Assembly: GCA_964252035.1 (NCBI GenBank)
Contig: OZ176207.1
Source of the DNA: Podarcis erhardii
Lineage: Eukaryota
DNA length: 64,000 nucleotides
Strand: one strand, 5' to 3'
A program made the position numbers and the translations under genes. Shown here piece after piece: positions 1 to 13,636 of the stretch. Positions within the stretch are counted from its first letter, which is position 1. The number at the start of each line of letters is the position of its first letter. The notes beneath the pieces are model-generated. The model saw nothing but the letters and a program-made list of their open reading frames with translations. It ran no database searches and had not been told where the DNA came from.

Positions 1-1383
1 CCTGGGTTTGATGGAACTTTTTGTGGACAGGACAAGGGTTTTAAACAGTGAGCACATTATTGCCACATGCTAAAAACTAACATATAGCCTAAAATCTAGA
101 TTTTTGCGTGGGGTGATGAAATCTAAAAGTACTAAAGGCAGTTTAAACAAGTTATCTATACAGATCACATGTGAGAGATATCACATCTGAAAGTGGTGTG
201 TGTGGTTTTTTTAATCAAACAAAATAGTAATTAATCTTCTATTTACCCCTCACAATGAGGATTACTTAGTGCATATTTAAACGGCATATAAGATTTAACT
301 ACCGTGCAAACTGCCCCAACGCTGCCCTGCCAATGACCTTAAGCACAACATGGAAGGAAGGCCATTCTCTGTAGAAAAGAGAAGTAATTTATCCACTACA
401 ATTGTTTGGCCCCAGCCCCCTTCTCTAAAACTGAGGCTGACAGTTGTGTTGAATTATGGATAGTGTATTTGCAGTGTGTACAATAATCTCCTAAAGAAAG
501 TGTTGAGAACATCAAACTTATTTTACTTATAATTTCAGGCTATGTTTAAACAATGGCCTTGGAGCAGATGTAAAAAAAATTTAATCTCCACAAGCATTTT
601 ACTTATAATGGCCGCTATCTTCCAAACACCGAATCCACAGTAAATCCAAATGGAACTTGCTCCTAAATAAAGGGTGGGGAGAACTGAAATCATGTCTTAA
701 TAGAATCTGTTTCCTTAGAGTAAATAAAAACAGTGTAAAAACGATCAAAGCCCACAAAAGAGGATGGCTCCCCACCCCCTTTTAATGGTGTGCTTTGTTT
801 TTCTTTTACTTGAGGTTACCATATCACCCCAAACATGCACTCACATTCAGGATTTATCATAGCCCCTCAAAACATAATAAATTTCTCTTCTCTAGCTTAA
901 GGGATCCATCAGTTAAAATGTTAGTCTTTCATCTTTATTACCCTCCCATTAAAATGAGAGAAACCGGGACTCACTTCAGTTTAGAAGAAGCAATTTGGTC
1001 GGTAATGTCCTTACTACTCAAGTCTTTACAAAGAGAGAAAAGTGCATTACCGCTTATATTTCACACATATATCTGACTAAGAAGCAAGTAAACCTTTCAG
1101 ATGCATACTATGTTAAATTTAATAATATTCTTTGATTAGATTATTTTATTGCAACATTTTGCCATTGCCAGTCATTCCCCATACACATTTATGTTAATAA
1201 AACCTGCAGTTTTTTAGTCTCTCTCTCTCTCTCTCTGTGTGTGTGTTTTAAGACTGCCTGCTCTTCTACAGCTGTTAGATCTGAAATGGACAGATTAATA
1301 ACTAACCATCACATTGGACTAGATTTTTTTGTACACTGCACCAGTAACCCTTTGCTATAATGAGGACACAAAGAGCTTCGCAT

Positions 1384-1603
1384 NNNNNNNNNNNNNNNNN
1401 NNNNNNNNNNNNNNNNNNNNNNNNNNNNNNNNNNNNNNNNNNNNNNNNNNNNNNNNNNNNNNNNNNNNNNNNNNNNNNNNNNNNNNNNNNNNNNNNNNNN
1501 NNNNNNNNNNNNNNNNNNNNNNNNNNNNNNNNNNNNNNNNNNNNNNNNNNNNNNNNNNNNNNNNNNNNNNNNNNNNNNNNNNNNNNNNNNNNNNNNNNNN
1601 NNN
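1384..1603. other. N block (220 nt)
   Basis: Run of N; content unreadable. Confidence 0.99.
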
Positions 1604-3653
1604 TATTAGGCACCTGAAAATGAGTAAATCTTGTAAAATAGATACTAACAGCTATTCAGCAGTGGAGTTCCTTTCTAGCTCAGACTGAAGAAAAGCAAAC
1701 AAACAAACAAATAACATTTCTGAATACTGCCGCAAACTTTTCCCTCAGCAGCTGCAATTATCTGTATTTGCACAGCATGGCAATTATACTCAGCAATTGG
1801 CTTCTCCTCCCCCACAAAAAAATTAACATTATAATGTTATTGAAATATGATTTAATTTTAAAAGGTATTAAAATACTTCAGTGCAATAGTTCAATAAAAA
1901 ATGTACAGGGTAAAATGTGCAGAATACTGCAAGTGAATATATTTGGTGTAGAATATATATGTGTATCTAAAAAACAACTACGACAACATTACAAGTTTGG
2001 CCTTTCTTGACACATTTTCCTTGTCTGTGTTTGCTACATGTAGAAAAACTCAAGTTGCTGCTGTCTGCAAACATCCAACTTTTTCCACAGCAAGCAAATT
2101 TGAGTGGAAAGGTTAAATTAAAAGTTGGGGGGGGGAGGTGCAATATGCAGTGCTATCCTAGGTGTAGCTCCTCAGAATTAATTTCCATTTAGTTCAATGT
2201 GACTTACTTCCAAGCATGTGGAGGTTTGCAGCCTCCATGAGTTATTTTCTTAAAAAGCCAATTCTCTATATAGAATATACAAGACATTTCCTAGACGCTT
2301 TATAATTGGTATTATACTATTATTGGTATTCAATCTGAATGAATATTTGCATTCATTTAAGGATTAACTCTCTAAAGAGTTAAAGTATCTTTTTATAAAA
2401 CAGTCAAAGCCAGGATCCAAAGTTCTGTGCATGCAACAGGGCTTTTCTTGACCACCAGTTGCAGGACAGCCCCTGGTGTCCTGCCTGTCATACTAATCCA
2501 GGATATAAGACTGTGCAATGGGCTACAGCTGGAAAGGAAAACCAGCAGTCCTGCCCTAGCAAGCTGAAGCACTTTTCAATCATGCACTGCCAGGCAATCT
2601 GGATCTTGGCCCAAGTGTCTTCACTGTTAATCCCTTGCAATGAACTGACAGTATTTCCTCTCCATATATGTTTGTTATCTAACCATTAATATACCCTCAT
2701 TCTGACCACTATCCATAACAAGTACTACTTCTTATGCTGCTGTCAAAGACTTCTGCATTATTTAAATTCATCACTTACTTGGAATCAACATAATTTATAC
2801 TATGGTGAGGCAAAAATAAATATTTTAAGTAAAAGCAGGGATATGTGGATTTAATAAAAAGTGTGTGTGAGAGAGAGAATAATCCAATTATCAGGCACAA
2901 TAGGATACACACATCAGGACTAAGAATTACCTGTAAACACCAAGCCTTTCCACAACATCAAAGTGCCACCCTACCACGCCTAGCTTGATTCAATGAAAAA
3001 TGGCCTGGCGAAGAGAACAAGAGAACAGCAACAATGCAGCAGCAACAGCAAGAATGTTATGTGAAAAAATCTTTGGGTAAATTAGTAAGCTTGGAAACTA
3101 TTGTTTCACATCTAAAGAGAATAAAATGCAGTTGTTAACAAGCACACAATCCAGGTTATGCAACCCATAGTTAAGCATTTATATCCCATTGATTCCAATG
3201 TTTAACTATCTGATTCCCAGTTTACACTTTGGGGCATATGCATTTGCTGTAAAGTAACCAAGTGTGAAGTGGAGATACTTGGATGTAAACATGCTGAGGT
3301 GGACATGCACCAGGGAGCCTCAGAAAATGAGGACTTAACAGTCCACCATGAGTCTACAATCATGTAAATGTGTTTCACTCATGAAGGTATTCACTAAGGT
3401 CAACACTGGTGTGCATACCTATTGATATTACTCAGTCCTCTCTAGGTCTACATAGAAATAAGTTTTGATCAATTCAAAGGTAAGTGGGCATAAGACTACA
3501 ACCTGAACATACTTGTTAGAAACATTCTTTAATTTAAATTTCAACACTAGGCCTTTACACACACACACACACACACATATATACACAGCAGATATTGAAA
3601 CTGCCTCTTCAGCTTTGACTCATTTGATGTTAATTGTTACAAACTGAAACAGA

Positions 3654-3720
3654 ACAGAATGGGGGTTGGACAAGATGATCCTTGGTGGTCCCTACCAACA
3701 CTACCATTTTATGATCATGT
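3654..3720 (+). mobile_element. Degraded CR1-type 3' tail fragment
   Basis: gggttggacaagatgatccttggtggtccctaccaacactaccattttatgat resembles the CR1 3' end (GGGTTGGACTAGATGA...GGTCCCTTCCAAC...TTCTATGA). Confidence 0.55.
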
Positions 3721-5266
3721 AGAATTACTTACTTTAAAAAGTATGAAATAGAATGTTGTAACTATCCTTCTAGGTAAATGTGGTTCTTCACTATGGTAAT
3801 CAATCGGATGCGTGCGCACACAACTGGGAAGGAACACACTACACCTGGCTGAAATCTTAAACATAATTACTTTGAAGTAAGGCCCAATGAAATCAGTGGG
3901 ACTTGTTTTTATTTAGATATTTTACACTAGCCTTAACACCCCTCTCAAGATGACTTGAACAGTACTTATGATTGGGGTGTAAATATTTTGATGTTTTGTA
4001 ATAGTTCCTCAAAGAGACAGAATTGTGAAACTCAAGTGCTCAGGGTCAAAAATTGGGGGGGGGGGACAGGCTTTGGTCACTTCACATCTCTATGTGCTGA
4101 AGCATATTATAACGATGGCTCCTTATGTCTAAAACTGAATTTTGTTCTTCACAGTTGTGCTGTACAGAGAAACAAATAGCTGTCTCCACTTTTGTTAACC
4201 ACCAAAGGGAAGCCAAATACTTCATCCTAATGAGAATGTTTCCATAGGGTGATCAGCTGCTGGATCCAAAATATACTTTGGGTTTCACCTACCAAGCAAA
4301 TTTTCCCACATCCCAGTCCAAAACCCAGTTTAATTGGAATACCTGGATTTAAGCCACTTAAGGTCCCACTGCAATTGGTGGTGCCGAGCTGGCCGAAATC
4401 CTACTACTGTACTTGGGTGTGCTTTTAGCTACAGGGCAGCAGGAATTTAAAAAACCATGCTTATGAGCCTAAAAGGGGAATCTGTTCAACAATAAACATT
4501 AGAGTGTCCTTAACCACTGATTGCCAGAATGCCTGAAAAAGCAAATAGCTGAAAGTGGAGAACTGCTACATATTTTAAAGTGCCAGTTTATTCCACATGT
4601 GTATTGTCTTTGGAAACAGGAAACACTCTTTTGCATCTTCATCTTAAAGAGATTAACCCCTTCTCACAAAACAACAACTAAACAGGCAATCTGAAGCCAA
4701 CTAAGAAACATGGCTTGTCTGCTTAACAGTAGGTCCCATTCAGCGGAGAGTCAGTGGGGCTTACTCAATGGTAAGTAGTCATAGGACTGCAGTTGAAGTT
4801 GCACAAAAAATAACGGAAGAGAATAAATGGACAACTGAAGCATAGTGTAAAAAAATTAATAATAGTCAAAATGAATTTAATGCTTTAAAACAATATAAAT
4901 TCTTACAAAGGTTGAAATATAAATTATTACAAAGGCTTCACCTTATTGCATAGTTCAGCACAGTCCTCTGGTGCCATTATAAGCAAGTGATCTAGTCACC
5001 ACCATTTCCTTGTAAGGTGAGGGGCTTCGTTAACGCTGTTCTTAAGATTGCCTTAATATTAGTAGAATGTAGCATTATACGAAAGTTAACCCAATTAATG
5101 GGTTAATATAGGCAAAAGAATAGTTAGAAAGTGGTATTACAACATGAAGATTTCAAAATATAACTATAAAACCTTATATAAAATTAAAACAAACTTTCAT
5201 TTAAAAACAAAAGCTGGCACTTTTGTAACTAGTAAAATATATCCCTTGAGTTACATAAATCTGCAT

Positions 5267-5490
5267 TTTATTATTGTATTTGCAACCAACACAACTGAAA
5301 AAAGATAATTTCTCATTTTTAAATTATATCAAGTGCAACCCGCTAAGATGCTGCCCTGTGCTACTGAAAAGCACTCTTGCTTGACTCCCATTGCTCAAGC
5401 AGAATGTCCAGGTGAATTGCACCCATCCTTTTTTATAGGAAGAATCGATAATATTATTGATTTCACTTAAAATATTAATATGCCTTTATT
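5267..5490 (-). terminator. Candidate PTGR3 polyadenylation signals (AATAAA on minus strand at 5490-5485 and 5272-5267)
   Basis: Two TTTATT hexamers 300-530 nt downstream of the stop codon. The context is AT-rich, so the site actually used is unknown. Confidence 0.3.
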
Positions 5491-5794
5491 TACTCAATTC
5501 TGGAGGAAAGCTGTAGGTGAAGATTTCATAGTTGGCCAGATTCAAATCCAATGCAAGTTTAATCACAAGTTCACTCAAAACTCCCAGACAAAAACGCAGA
5601 ACTGTTTAATGCAATGCCAACGACACATGGCATTTTTAAAGAACACAAAGCCACTTAAATTCAACAAATATTTTTTAACGAAAGCCTACATGCTATTTTT
5701 TAATATGTTACCCATTGGCAACTTTAAAGAAATAGTTATTGTGAAGCATAAAGTGCCCATTTTCCCTCTTTTGATTTATATCATTGTTCTGTTT

Positions 5795-6719
5795 TTACAG
5801 CTTACTGTTGACAGAGTGAGGTAATTCAACTACAATTTTTCCAATGTTTTTTCCCATGTACATATAATCTATAGCGCGGAATACGGACTCTAAGCCAGCA
5901 AATTTGCCCTCTGGAGACATGTCTCCAAGGTCCACCTCACAAACCAGTTCTCTGTTTTCACACATTTCGATCAAGTGTTTCATAGCCGTTTGGTATTCAG
6001 AAAGGTAATGGTTTAAGAAGAAACCCCGGATGCTGGCAGATTTCCTTAGCAGCTTTGCTGGCAACATTTCCACATGACCAGGCTGAAGGCCAGTACGGGT
6101 TTGGTAGCCAGAGATAAACCCAATAATGATCAGGCGCCCTTTGGTAGCCAAGGAGCTGACAGCCAAGTCAAACATCTGCCCGCCGACAGATTCATACACC
6201 ACATCCACACCTTTCGGGTAGTCCTTCTTAAGGACAGCAGCAAGGTTTTCAGTTTTGTAGTTGATAGGGTGGTCACAGCCTATGGATTTCAGAAAGCCAG
6301 ATTTTTCATCACTGGAGCATGTTCCTATTACGTGGCATTTTGCCTTCTTGGAAAGTTGCACAGCAAACTGACCGGTTCCTCCTGCTGCGGCTGTCACCAG
6401 GACCGTCTTCCCGTCAGACAGTTCTCCAAGCTCCTTCAGGCTGATATATGCTGTAGTTCCACTTACCAGTAGTGTAAGAAATTCGGGTTTCACAGAGGGT
6501 ACCGGGATGGCTTCTTTGGCAGGAACAATGGTATATTCAGCAAAAGCACCAGGCCTCATGTAGGCCACTGGTTGGCCCACTGTGTATCTAGCGCTGGCAC
6601 TTAGGCCCAAGGCTACCACTTCACCAATTCCTTCAAAACCTACGTCAAATGGGGGCTTAACTGACGTGTCATATCGGCCAGCTGAGTAGTTAATATCGGA
6701 TGCATTAATGCCGACAAAT
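5795..6719 (-). CDS. PTGR3: Prostaglandin reductase 3 / ZADH2 (MDR-family NADPH-dependent oxidoreductase), coding exon 2 (last)
   Basis: ORF 5795..6733 encodes [16 protein letters not shown]...[14 protein letters not shown]...[10 protein letters not shown], recognisable as ZADH2/PTGR3. Polypyrimidine-AG acceptor at 6721-6720 (minus strand ...tttgcttctAG|ATTTGTCGGC); TAA stop at 5797-5795; C-terminal SKL is a PTS1. Confidence 0.97.
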
Positions 6720-8039
6720 CTAGAAGCAAACAAAAATGTATTAGGCTCTCTTTTTTAACAAGGCATTTTTTTCGTCGTAAGAAAAACCTTTCGCTTAAAT
6801 GCACAAGGTAAGAAATTTCAATGCTGCATATTCAAATATCTCAAGAGTTGGGGTGGGGGAACGCCTTCTATGCAAAATGAAAATGGAAAGGTTGTTTTAA
6901 TCTGGTTTTAGCTTTACTGATAACACAATTTGACATATTTTGTACATGCAAAGCATTTTCCCCTTGCCTGTTTCATGAAAATAAGAACAATAGAAATGAG
7001 TTTTGATAAGCTAAGGAATAAAACTACTTTTTTCTATTAAAAAAATACAGCAGACTAAAATATGAGCAAAGTAGTAAATATGTTGACTCTGGCAATAAAT
7101 TTACATTTCAGATTATAACAACACATTTAAGTGACTAATGATAACATGAAGTATCAATGTCCTCTCCAAGGTCGATGGTCATAAGTGTTACTGCAGGCAA
7201 ATTTAAAGAAAATGGATGGAGTGTCTGTAACAAATTTGCCTTTTGATGCAACTAATTTGCACATTATTAAAATATTTTGCTGTATACAAATTACTCACAA
7301 CACCTTAAAACAACCTTGAAGGACTAAAATTATGCAACAATACTTTTGAGCACTATTGACCTCTAACGAGTAAAAATGAACATAAGTATTAAAAAGGCAC
7401 AAGTAATTTAATGATGGGTGGTGAAGTGGCTTATGATGCTGAAATACAAGTTATCTGTACGCACACAGAGTTTGCAGCCAATTTTCCCACAGAAACCTGA
7501 AAACAAAAATATGATTCTGTCATAAACAGCAATGTGACTGTTTCTCTTCTATAACCAAAAATAAACAAATTATGGCATTTAATTATGTGGAAGTGTGAAA
7601 ATATGTGAAAAATTTATTTTAATGCAACTAGAGAGCTGTTTGTGGATTTATGGTAATTTGAAATAGCTGGCACACAGCGAAACAACAAAACTGAAGGAAG
7701 TGCACTGGCCATTTCTAACTCTAAGAAAAATCTTTCATTTATTAAAATGTACAGAGTTCAATACAAATAGCTAGATACAGAAATAGATGCATATTCACAG
7801 AGGGAGCTGTGTCTTCTGTATGTCTCCCTAATTCTTCATTTAATCCAGTCTGCGTCTGTAGCAAGGAACACATTTTTTTACCTCATTTTTAGAAAACAAA
7901 GGCATCCCCATCCAGTTGAAATTTACATAACTCCTATTTCCCATTCTTAAAGGGGAGCGTAAGAGAGGAAGGCAGATTCCAAGGTAAAGGGGCTGAGGTT
8001 GCCTTGAGGACGTGAGAAAGGAAAGATCAGAGAGCCAAG

Positions 8040-9320
8040 GCACAAGGTCGGAAGGGCTCCGACACAACACAACTCCCTGCTTTTTGCATTACACCCCACG
8101 CAACTACTTCTCGCAGAGAGGCTGCTAAGCCAGAGTCCGCTGGGCGCGCAATCGGCCTCATTCATTCATCCCCGCACAGTGTCTCTTGGGCGGCAGGGAG
8201 AAATTGCCTCTCCCCGCCCCCCCAGCGCCCCCCCAACAGCATGCAAGGGGGGGCTTGTCTGCAGCCTTCCTTCGGGAATCCTAATTGTTGCGCCCCTTCC
8301 CTTCCCTGTCCCGGCCGCTGCAATGCTTGCGCTTGCTCCAACAGCCCACGCAAGCGGTGCAGGAAAAGTGACTCCAGAGCAAAGTCGGGGCTTTGTGGTC
8401 CGATTTAGGCTGCACTTTACTTGCAACAACCCAGACTCGTTGCAAACGGGACTTGGCAGTTTCACACACCCATGCAAAATGGTGCAGGACAGGGCTGAGC
8501 CAGCAGAAATGCACAACTTCGGCTCAGCCAAGGAGCGTGCCTGGAGACAGGAGCTTTCCCCTCGCTGCAGAAAGTCGTATTACCCCTATACTAAAACATC
8601 GCTGGCAAGGGCAGGCAGATGAAGACATGCGGCTATAAGGAACAGGGTGGCTTTAAAAAACAACAACCTGCAAGTAGCCGAAGGGGCTGGAAAACTCAGT
8701 CGCACCTTGTTAACAATAACAGGTGAAAACACCCCCCCCCGTTCACCTCTGTGATCTTTCCCTCCACAAATGCATTGCAACTGAGCACCTGCTTGCAAAT
8801 GGGTGCGTGTGCAAGAAGGGAGAGGCTCAGCTCCACGTTGCCTATCTATGGGGCACCCCAGCGAGAGAGGAGCATGCCAGCCTTGGCCCCCAGCAGAGCG
8901 GGAGCTCGGAGCCCGGCTGGGTCCTACTGGGGTCGGCTCAGGGGAGGTCCCCTCCCTCCCAGGCCCCTCCGCCTCCCGCTTTGCCCTCTCTGCCAGCACA
9001 TGGCCACTTGCAGTTCGCCCTCCCCTCGCGAGGCGAGCCTCCTCCTGGCGCTGCTCGCGTCTCTTCCGTGGCTCAGCTGGGAAGCGCAGGCAGAAAGTCT
9101 CCGGGCAGGCTGTGCAAAGGGAAGGGGGCGAAAACAACGTACTTTTTAAAAAACCATTTCTTCCAAAACAGAGTTGCGCCCCTCTCCGCGAGATGCATCT
9201 GAAGCCTCTCTCTCACTATTCCTCCATCGAACTCGAAGATAAGGGCTGCGTTTAGAAAACAAGCCCTATCTTTTCCCAGCCTCTGCTCGAAAAAGGCGCC
9301 TGCCCTGTCCAGATCTTTCT
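8040..9320. promoter_or_regulatory. Intronic GC/CpG-rich island inside the PTGR3 intron
   Basis: About 1.3 kb of elevated GC and CpG with no recognisable repeat or protein homology. Confidence 0.55.
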
Positions 9321-11924
9321 TTCCGAAGTAGTGGAAACACTGTTCATTTTCGTTATTAATCAATACCACCTCCAAGTTCTGCTACCCCCCCTCCTGTATT
9401 AAAATACAACTCTGGATCCCAGCCCGGGGGGGGGGGGCGGACGGACTACGTTCCTATTTCAGCAGTGGTGTGGATAAGGGGAATTATTGTGATTTTGCAC
9501 TGTGTTGTAATTTTTTAAGTAGCTCTGATGTGGTATTCTCAAGGAGAAATCAATGGCCTCCCTTCCCATTCCCAGGACAAAGTTGCACTAAGGTAGGGGG
9601 GAGCGGTGCAGGGTTATTTGGCGATTTGTACAGACCCGATCCTCTACCTGCTTACTCGCGGGAAATACACGCACTGGCAGTAAATCCCATTAGACTCAGT
9701 GGAGATTCTGGGAAGAGATGGGGAGGATTGTGCTGTCAAGTCTCCCTTGGGCTTACTAGGAAGGTCTGCAGCCTGCGTGTCGGTGGCTTCCAAGGGAAGA
9801 TGCAAGTTCAAGATCAGCTTGCAAACTTGCGTGGAGGAGGAGAGTTGGCAACCCGCAGTCATTGTTCTCTCGGTTAAGTACGTGACCTTCATCGGAGGGG
9901 CCTTCGCTACCCTCCTCCCAATTTTGTGCTTTGCATTTCCCTAGGAAGCGACCCAAGCCTTTCGCAAATATGCAAAATGAGAGCAGCGATACAATTCCTA
10001 ATACTAATACGGATCCGAGCCGTCCCCACCCCAGCCCCCCACTCCACAATAATAATTGCAGGCTGACTCGCCCCGGCTTTATTTATACTAACACATTCGA
10101 TTTGAAGGGAGAAAAAGGGGAGGGGGCGAAGCGTCTTCAAAGTGGGGTTAGAAAGCGGCTTCGTTTACTCAAAAACAACTTGCAGAAGTCAGGAGACCGA
10201 GGGGGGTAGGGCGAGGACCTTGAGCAGGCAGACACAACAAAGTCACCCAACCCAGGAGCACGCCAGGAAAAGGGGGGAAAGCTCCCAGACCAAACAAGCG
10301 CAATCGCTGAGAACACTTCGCCCCACATTCCTATTTTTTTCCCCTATCTCCAAACTCCCTCCCCGAACCCATGTCTTGCTTCCCACTTTTGCTACCCAAT
10401 TTTCTGTATGAGATCCCCTCTCAACAGAAAACAGAGCCCCCACTATGAGACCTGCCACTTTTTATTTTAAAGAAACACACACAAACACGCACTTACACCC
10501 TCTCTTCCTGGGTCACGTATTGGCTAAGAAACCCAGAAAATACCTTTCGGGGTGGGATGGAGCTCAGACAAAGGTACGGAGATATATGAATGGCTTAAAA
10601 AACATTCCCCCCCTTAAATTTATTTATTTGTTTATTACTCCTGGTCCTCAATCCTCTTTTACCGCCCAATCACATCTCCCACAAAATGATCAGAAGTTTA
10701 ATGTTTCAAATCGATTCCCAGTTTGCGGGCATTTCTCTCGGAATAAGAGGCTGGAGTGGATTTTTTATTTTATTTTTGCTGTTCAGAAAATTATCAGAAT
10801 AAAGGCGAGGGAGCTGTTTTCCAGAGAGAGGGGGAGGGGGGAAGGACACTTAAACAAAATCTTGTCCTAAAAAAAGGAAAGAAGTTAAACGAACTTAAAT
10901 TGCACCAAGGCAACATGTGCGTGTGTCTGTTTTACTTGGGAGAATGGGGTGGTATTTTGCATTATGCCATTTTCTCTTTTCATAGGAGTTTTGGGGCTAA
11001 AATGTTTATTCTCCAGCCACCGCAGCAGCTGATTTTCTTTTCTGTTTCAGTTTGAGATAAAGTGTACAGTATTTTCAAAGCTGGACTACGCTCCCCCCCC
11101 CCCCGAGTGTGTACAAGGTATTGGGCGTGGAAAGAGAGAGTCCCGTGTAAGCTTTCGAGGTAGGCACAGGCGTTAGGTGGAAAGGTTTATTCTTAACACG
11201 CTTTATTCCGCACTAATTTTGCACTCTCCAGCCTTGGGTGAGAAGCTCCAGCAACAAAACTGAACATCTCACGCAAATCCACATGACACCAAAGTTGCGA
11301 ACTCCAATCCTGTGATTTCTCACACGCACCTTTTGCAAACTAAAAAAAAAGGAAAGTGTTTTTTTTAAAAAACGAGTTACGATCCTTGGACTCTTTGCCT
11401 GAGTCCCCGGGTGAATGCTGCTCTAGCCCCCCTTGCCTCCACTTCGGAGAGCGCACGAGCACATCTTTCCATTCCCCAGAGAGCCCACCCAGTATCAAGG
11501 GCAGGAGGGGAAAGAGTTACATTGAAAACAAAATAAATTGCATGCATAAATTTTCATGCAAGTGTTGCGGGGGAGGAGATTCGAGAACAAGGACGTAGCA
11601 ATCTTCCGATAGGCAGTAGGGAGGCCAGGATATATTTTATCTTCACGCAGCATTTTAAACCAGCCGATCCCCCCCCCCCTCCTATATCCCCCAACCAAAG
11701 GAATTTAACTGCAGCATGAGTGAGATTTTTATTAAGGCTTCACATATTTTTGCTCTCCAAAATACTATGTCCTGATGACAGCAGCAATTCAAACCTTTGA
11801 CACCAGGGAGGGCATCTCTCCCTGTATTGTGGGTGTTGTACATTACATAAAACACGAACATTTTGCTAGGGTCCAGATCCAGGTATGATATACGCTGTCT
11901 TTCATACTGAAGACTGTGTGTATT

Positions 11925-11946
11925 GTGTGTGTGTGTGTGTGTGTGT
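11925..11946. repeat. (TG)n microsatellite
   Basis: Read directly. Confidence 0.9.
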
Positions 11947-13207
11947 AATCCACAAATCACATAATTCTGTGTATTTGTGCTTAATCTATTTTAGCCCTAT
12001 TGGTTCCAATAGGGCTAAATTTACTGAAATGCAATTTATGCTAGATTAGCAACCAAGTAATCACTTCTAAATATTAAAAAATGGATTGTTAGGGACGGAT
12101 CTAAGGTCTACCTGAACCTCCTCCAACACATAGTCACCAAACTCACAATCACACCTTTAGAATTCCATTCTCCCATGGATTTTTAAGATGTCCACTTTTA
12201 AAGTCCCCACTTTGGTTTTAAGATATTCTATCATCTAGAAAGACAGTAGCAGCAGTAGGAGGAATATAATAATAAAAAATAATAAATATTGCTAAGATTG
12301 TTGAAGTAGAGGTTTTGTTCTACAAATTTTCAGGTACATGGAGAGAACAGTTCACAGAAGAAAATGGGAACTCAAGTCCTAGTTAGCTACTAGCTAGCCC
12401 ACAATTTACAGCATATTGCTTTAAGCAAAATGTGACGTCTTTACTTCATCCATGACCTGGATGCATTGCAAAAGCAGCTCAAACCAGGCAAAGGAATCGT
12501 CTGAAAATAGTGCTACACCTTGTCGAGGGCTACAATCCGGATCAGACTTACTTGGAAGTAAAGGTCACTGAAATGAATGGGGTTTACTTCCAAGTAAACA
12601 TGGTGAGGTCAGGGAGGGGAGCTGCTTATCCACATTTCCCTCCTCCGGTCTGTGCCTTCTGCTTTGCTTTAGTCGTAAAAGGAGGAAGAGGGCCACGGAG
12701 TTAAGAAGACACTCAAGAGTGACGGGGAGAGGTGGGTGGCAGTCATTTGTGGCTCTCTGCTTTCCTGTTGATTTCTGGCTTGCTTAAGGTTAGTGACGTG
12801 GAGGGCCGGGGTGGGGGAGGGGTGGAGAAACAGGCAGAGTTGCACACGTAACTTGCTCTAAACAACGTCTGGAGTGTGTTACATGCGCGCGCGCACCCCC
12901 CCCACTCCCCGAGATGACTATAAATAACCTATATACAACGTCCCAATTGCTGTGTATTAATCACACACAGAGATCTACGCAGCTCAGTCAGTTTTACTGT
13001 ATAAAACATAGCCCTCGCAGATCCACAGAGAACAAGTCTGGGGCGCTCGCTCATGAGAACACACGAACACACACACACACAGTGACAGTTGTAGGAACAT
13101 GGAACAAACATTTGCAGGCAGAAATCTGGGCGGGACTTGGAAATCATTTCCTGGTTGCTGAACTCCCTTCCTGAACTCTCCCGTCGCATACAACTTTCAG
13201 ATCTGCA

Positions 13208-13392
13208 GATGCACACGATACATTTAAAGCACGTTCCACACACACGGCGTCCCCCCCCCCCAAGAATCCCGGGAACTGTAGTTTTCCTCTAACAGAGGTA
13301 CAGTTCCCAGCCTCTTTAACAAACTATAGTTTTCAGGGTTCTCTGGGGGAAACCATGTGCATTGAATGTGCTTTAAACGTAAGGTGCGGATT
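13208..13392. mobile_element. Palindromic MITE-like repeat
   Basis: Terminal inverted arms (atttaaagcac 13222-13232 / gtgctttaaa 13368-13377) and an internal inverted GGGAACTGTAGT...ACAGTTCCCAG; a related copy lies at about 44281-44400. Confidence 0.6.
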
Positions 13393-13636
13393 TGATGGGA
13401 AACTATCACCCTTCTTCAGGCTTGTATAATTCTTAGTACCTGCTGTCCCTCCTCCCCGTGATTCCTTTCAGTTTAACACATCATTAAAAAAAAGAGAGAG
13501 CAGAGGGAGGGGGAGAGCGAAGCTATATACACATTTTACCTCTCAGCAAATGGAAACGTTTCATCATTTGCACAGAGGTGTGTGTGCGCGCGCGGGATTA
13601 TGGCGTAAGCCATTCACAACAATAAAATTAAATCAG

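Noticed and set aside
2410-2610. Weak inverted ends gccaggatcca / tggatcttggc suggesting a MITE
   Set aside because: The match is too short and degenerate, with no TSD.
6074-6472. 132-aa plus-strand ORF
   Set aside because: Antisense shadow of PTGR3 exon 2 with no recognisable protein features.
8162-9255. Stack of 100-180 aa ORFs on both strands
   Set aside because: Expected by chance in GC-rich DNA with few stop codons; no domain-like content.
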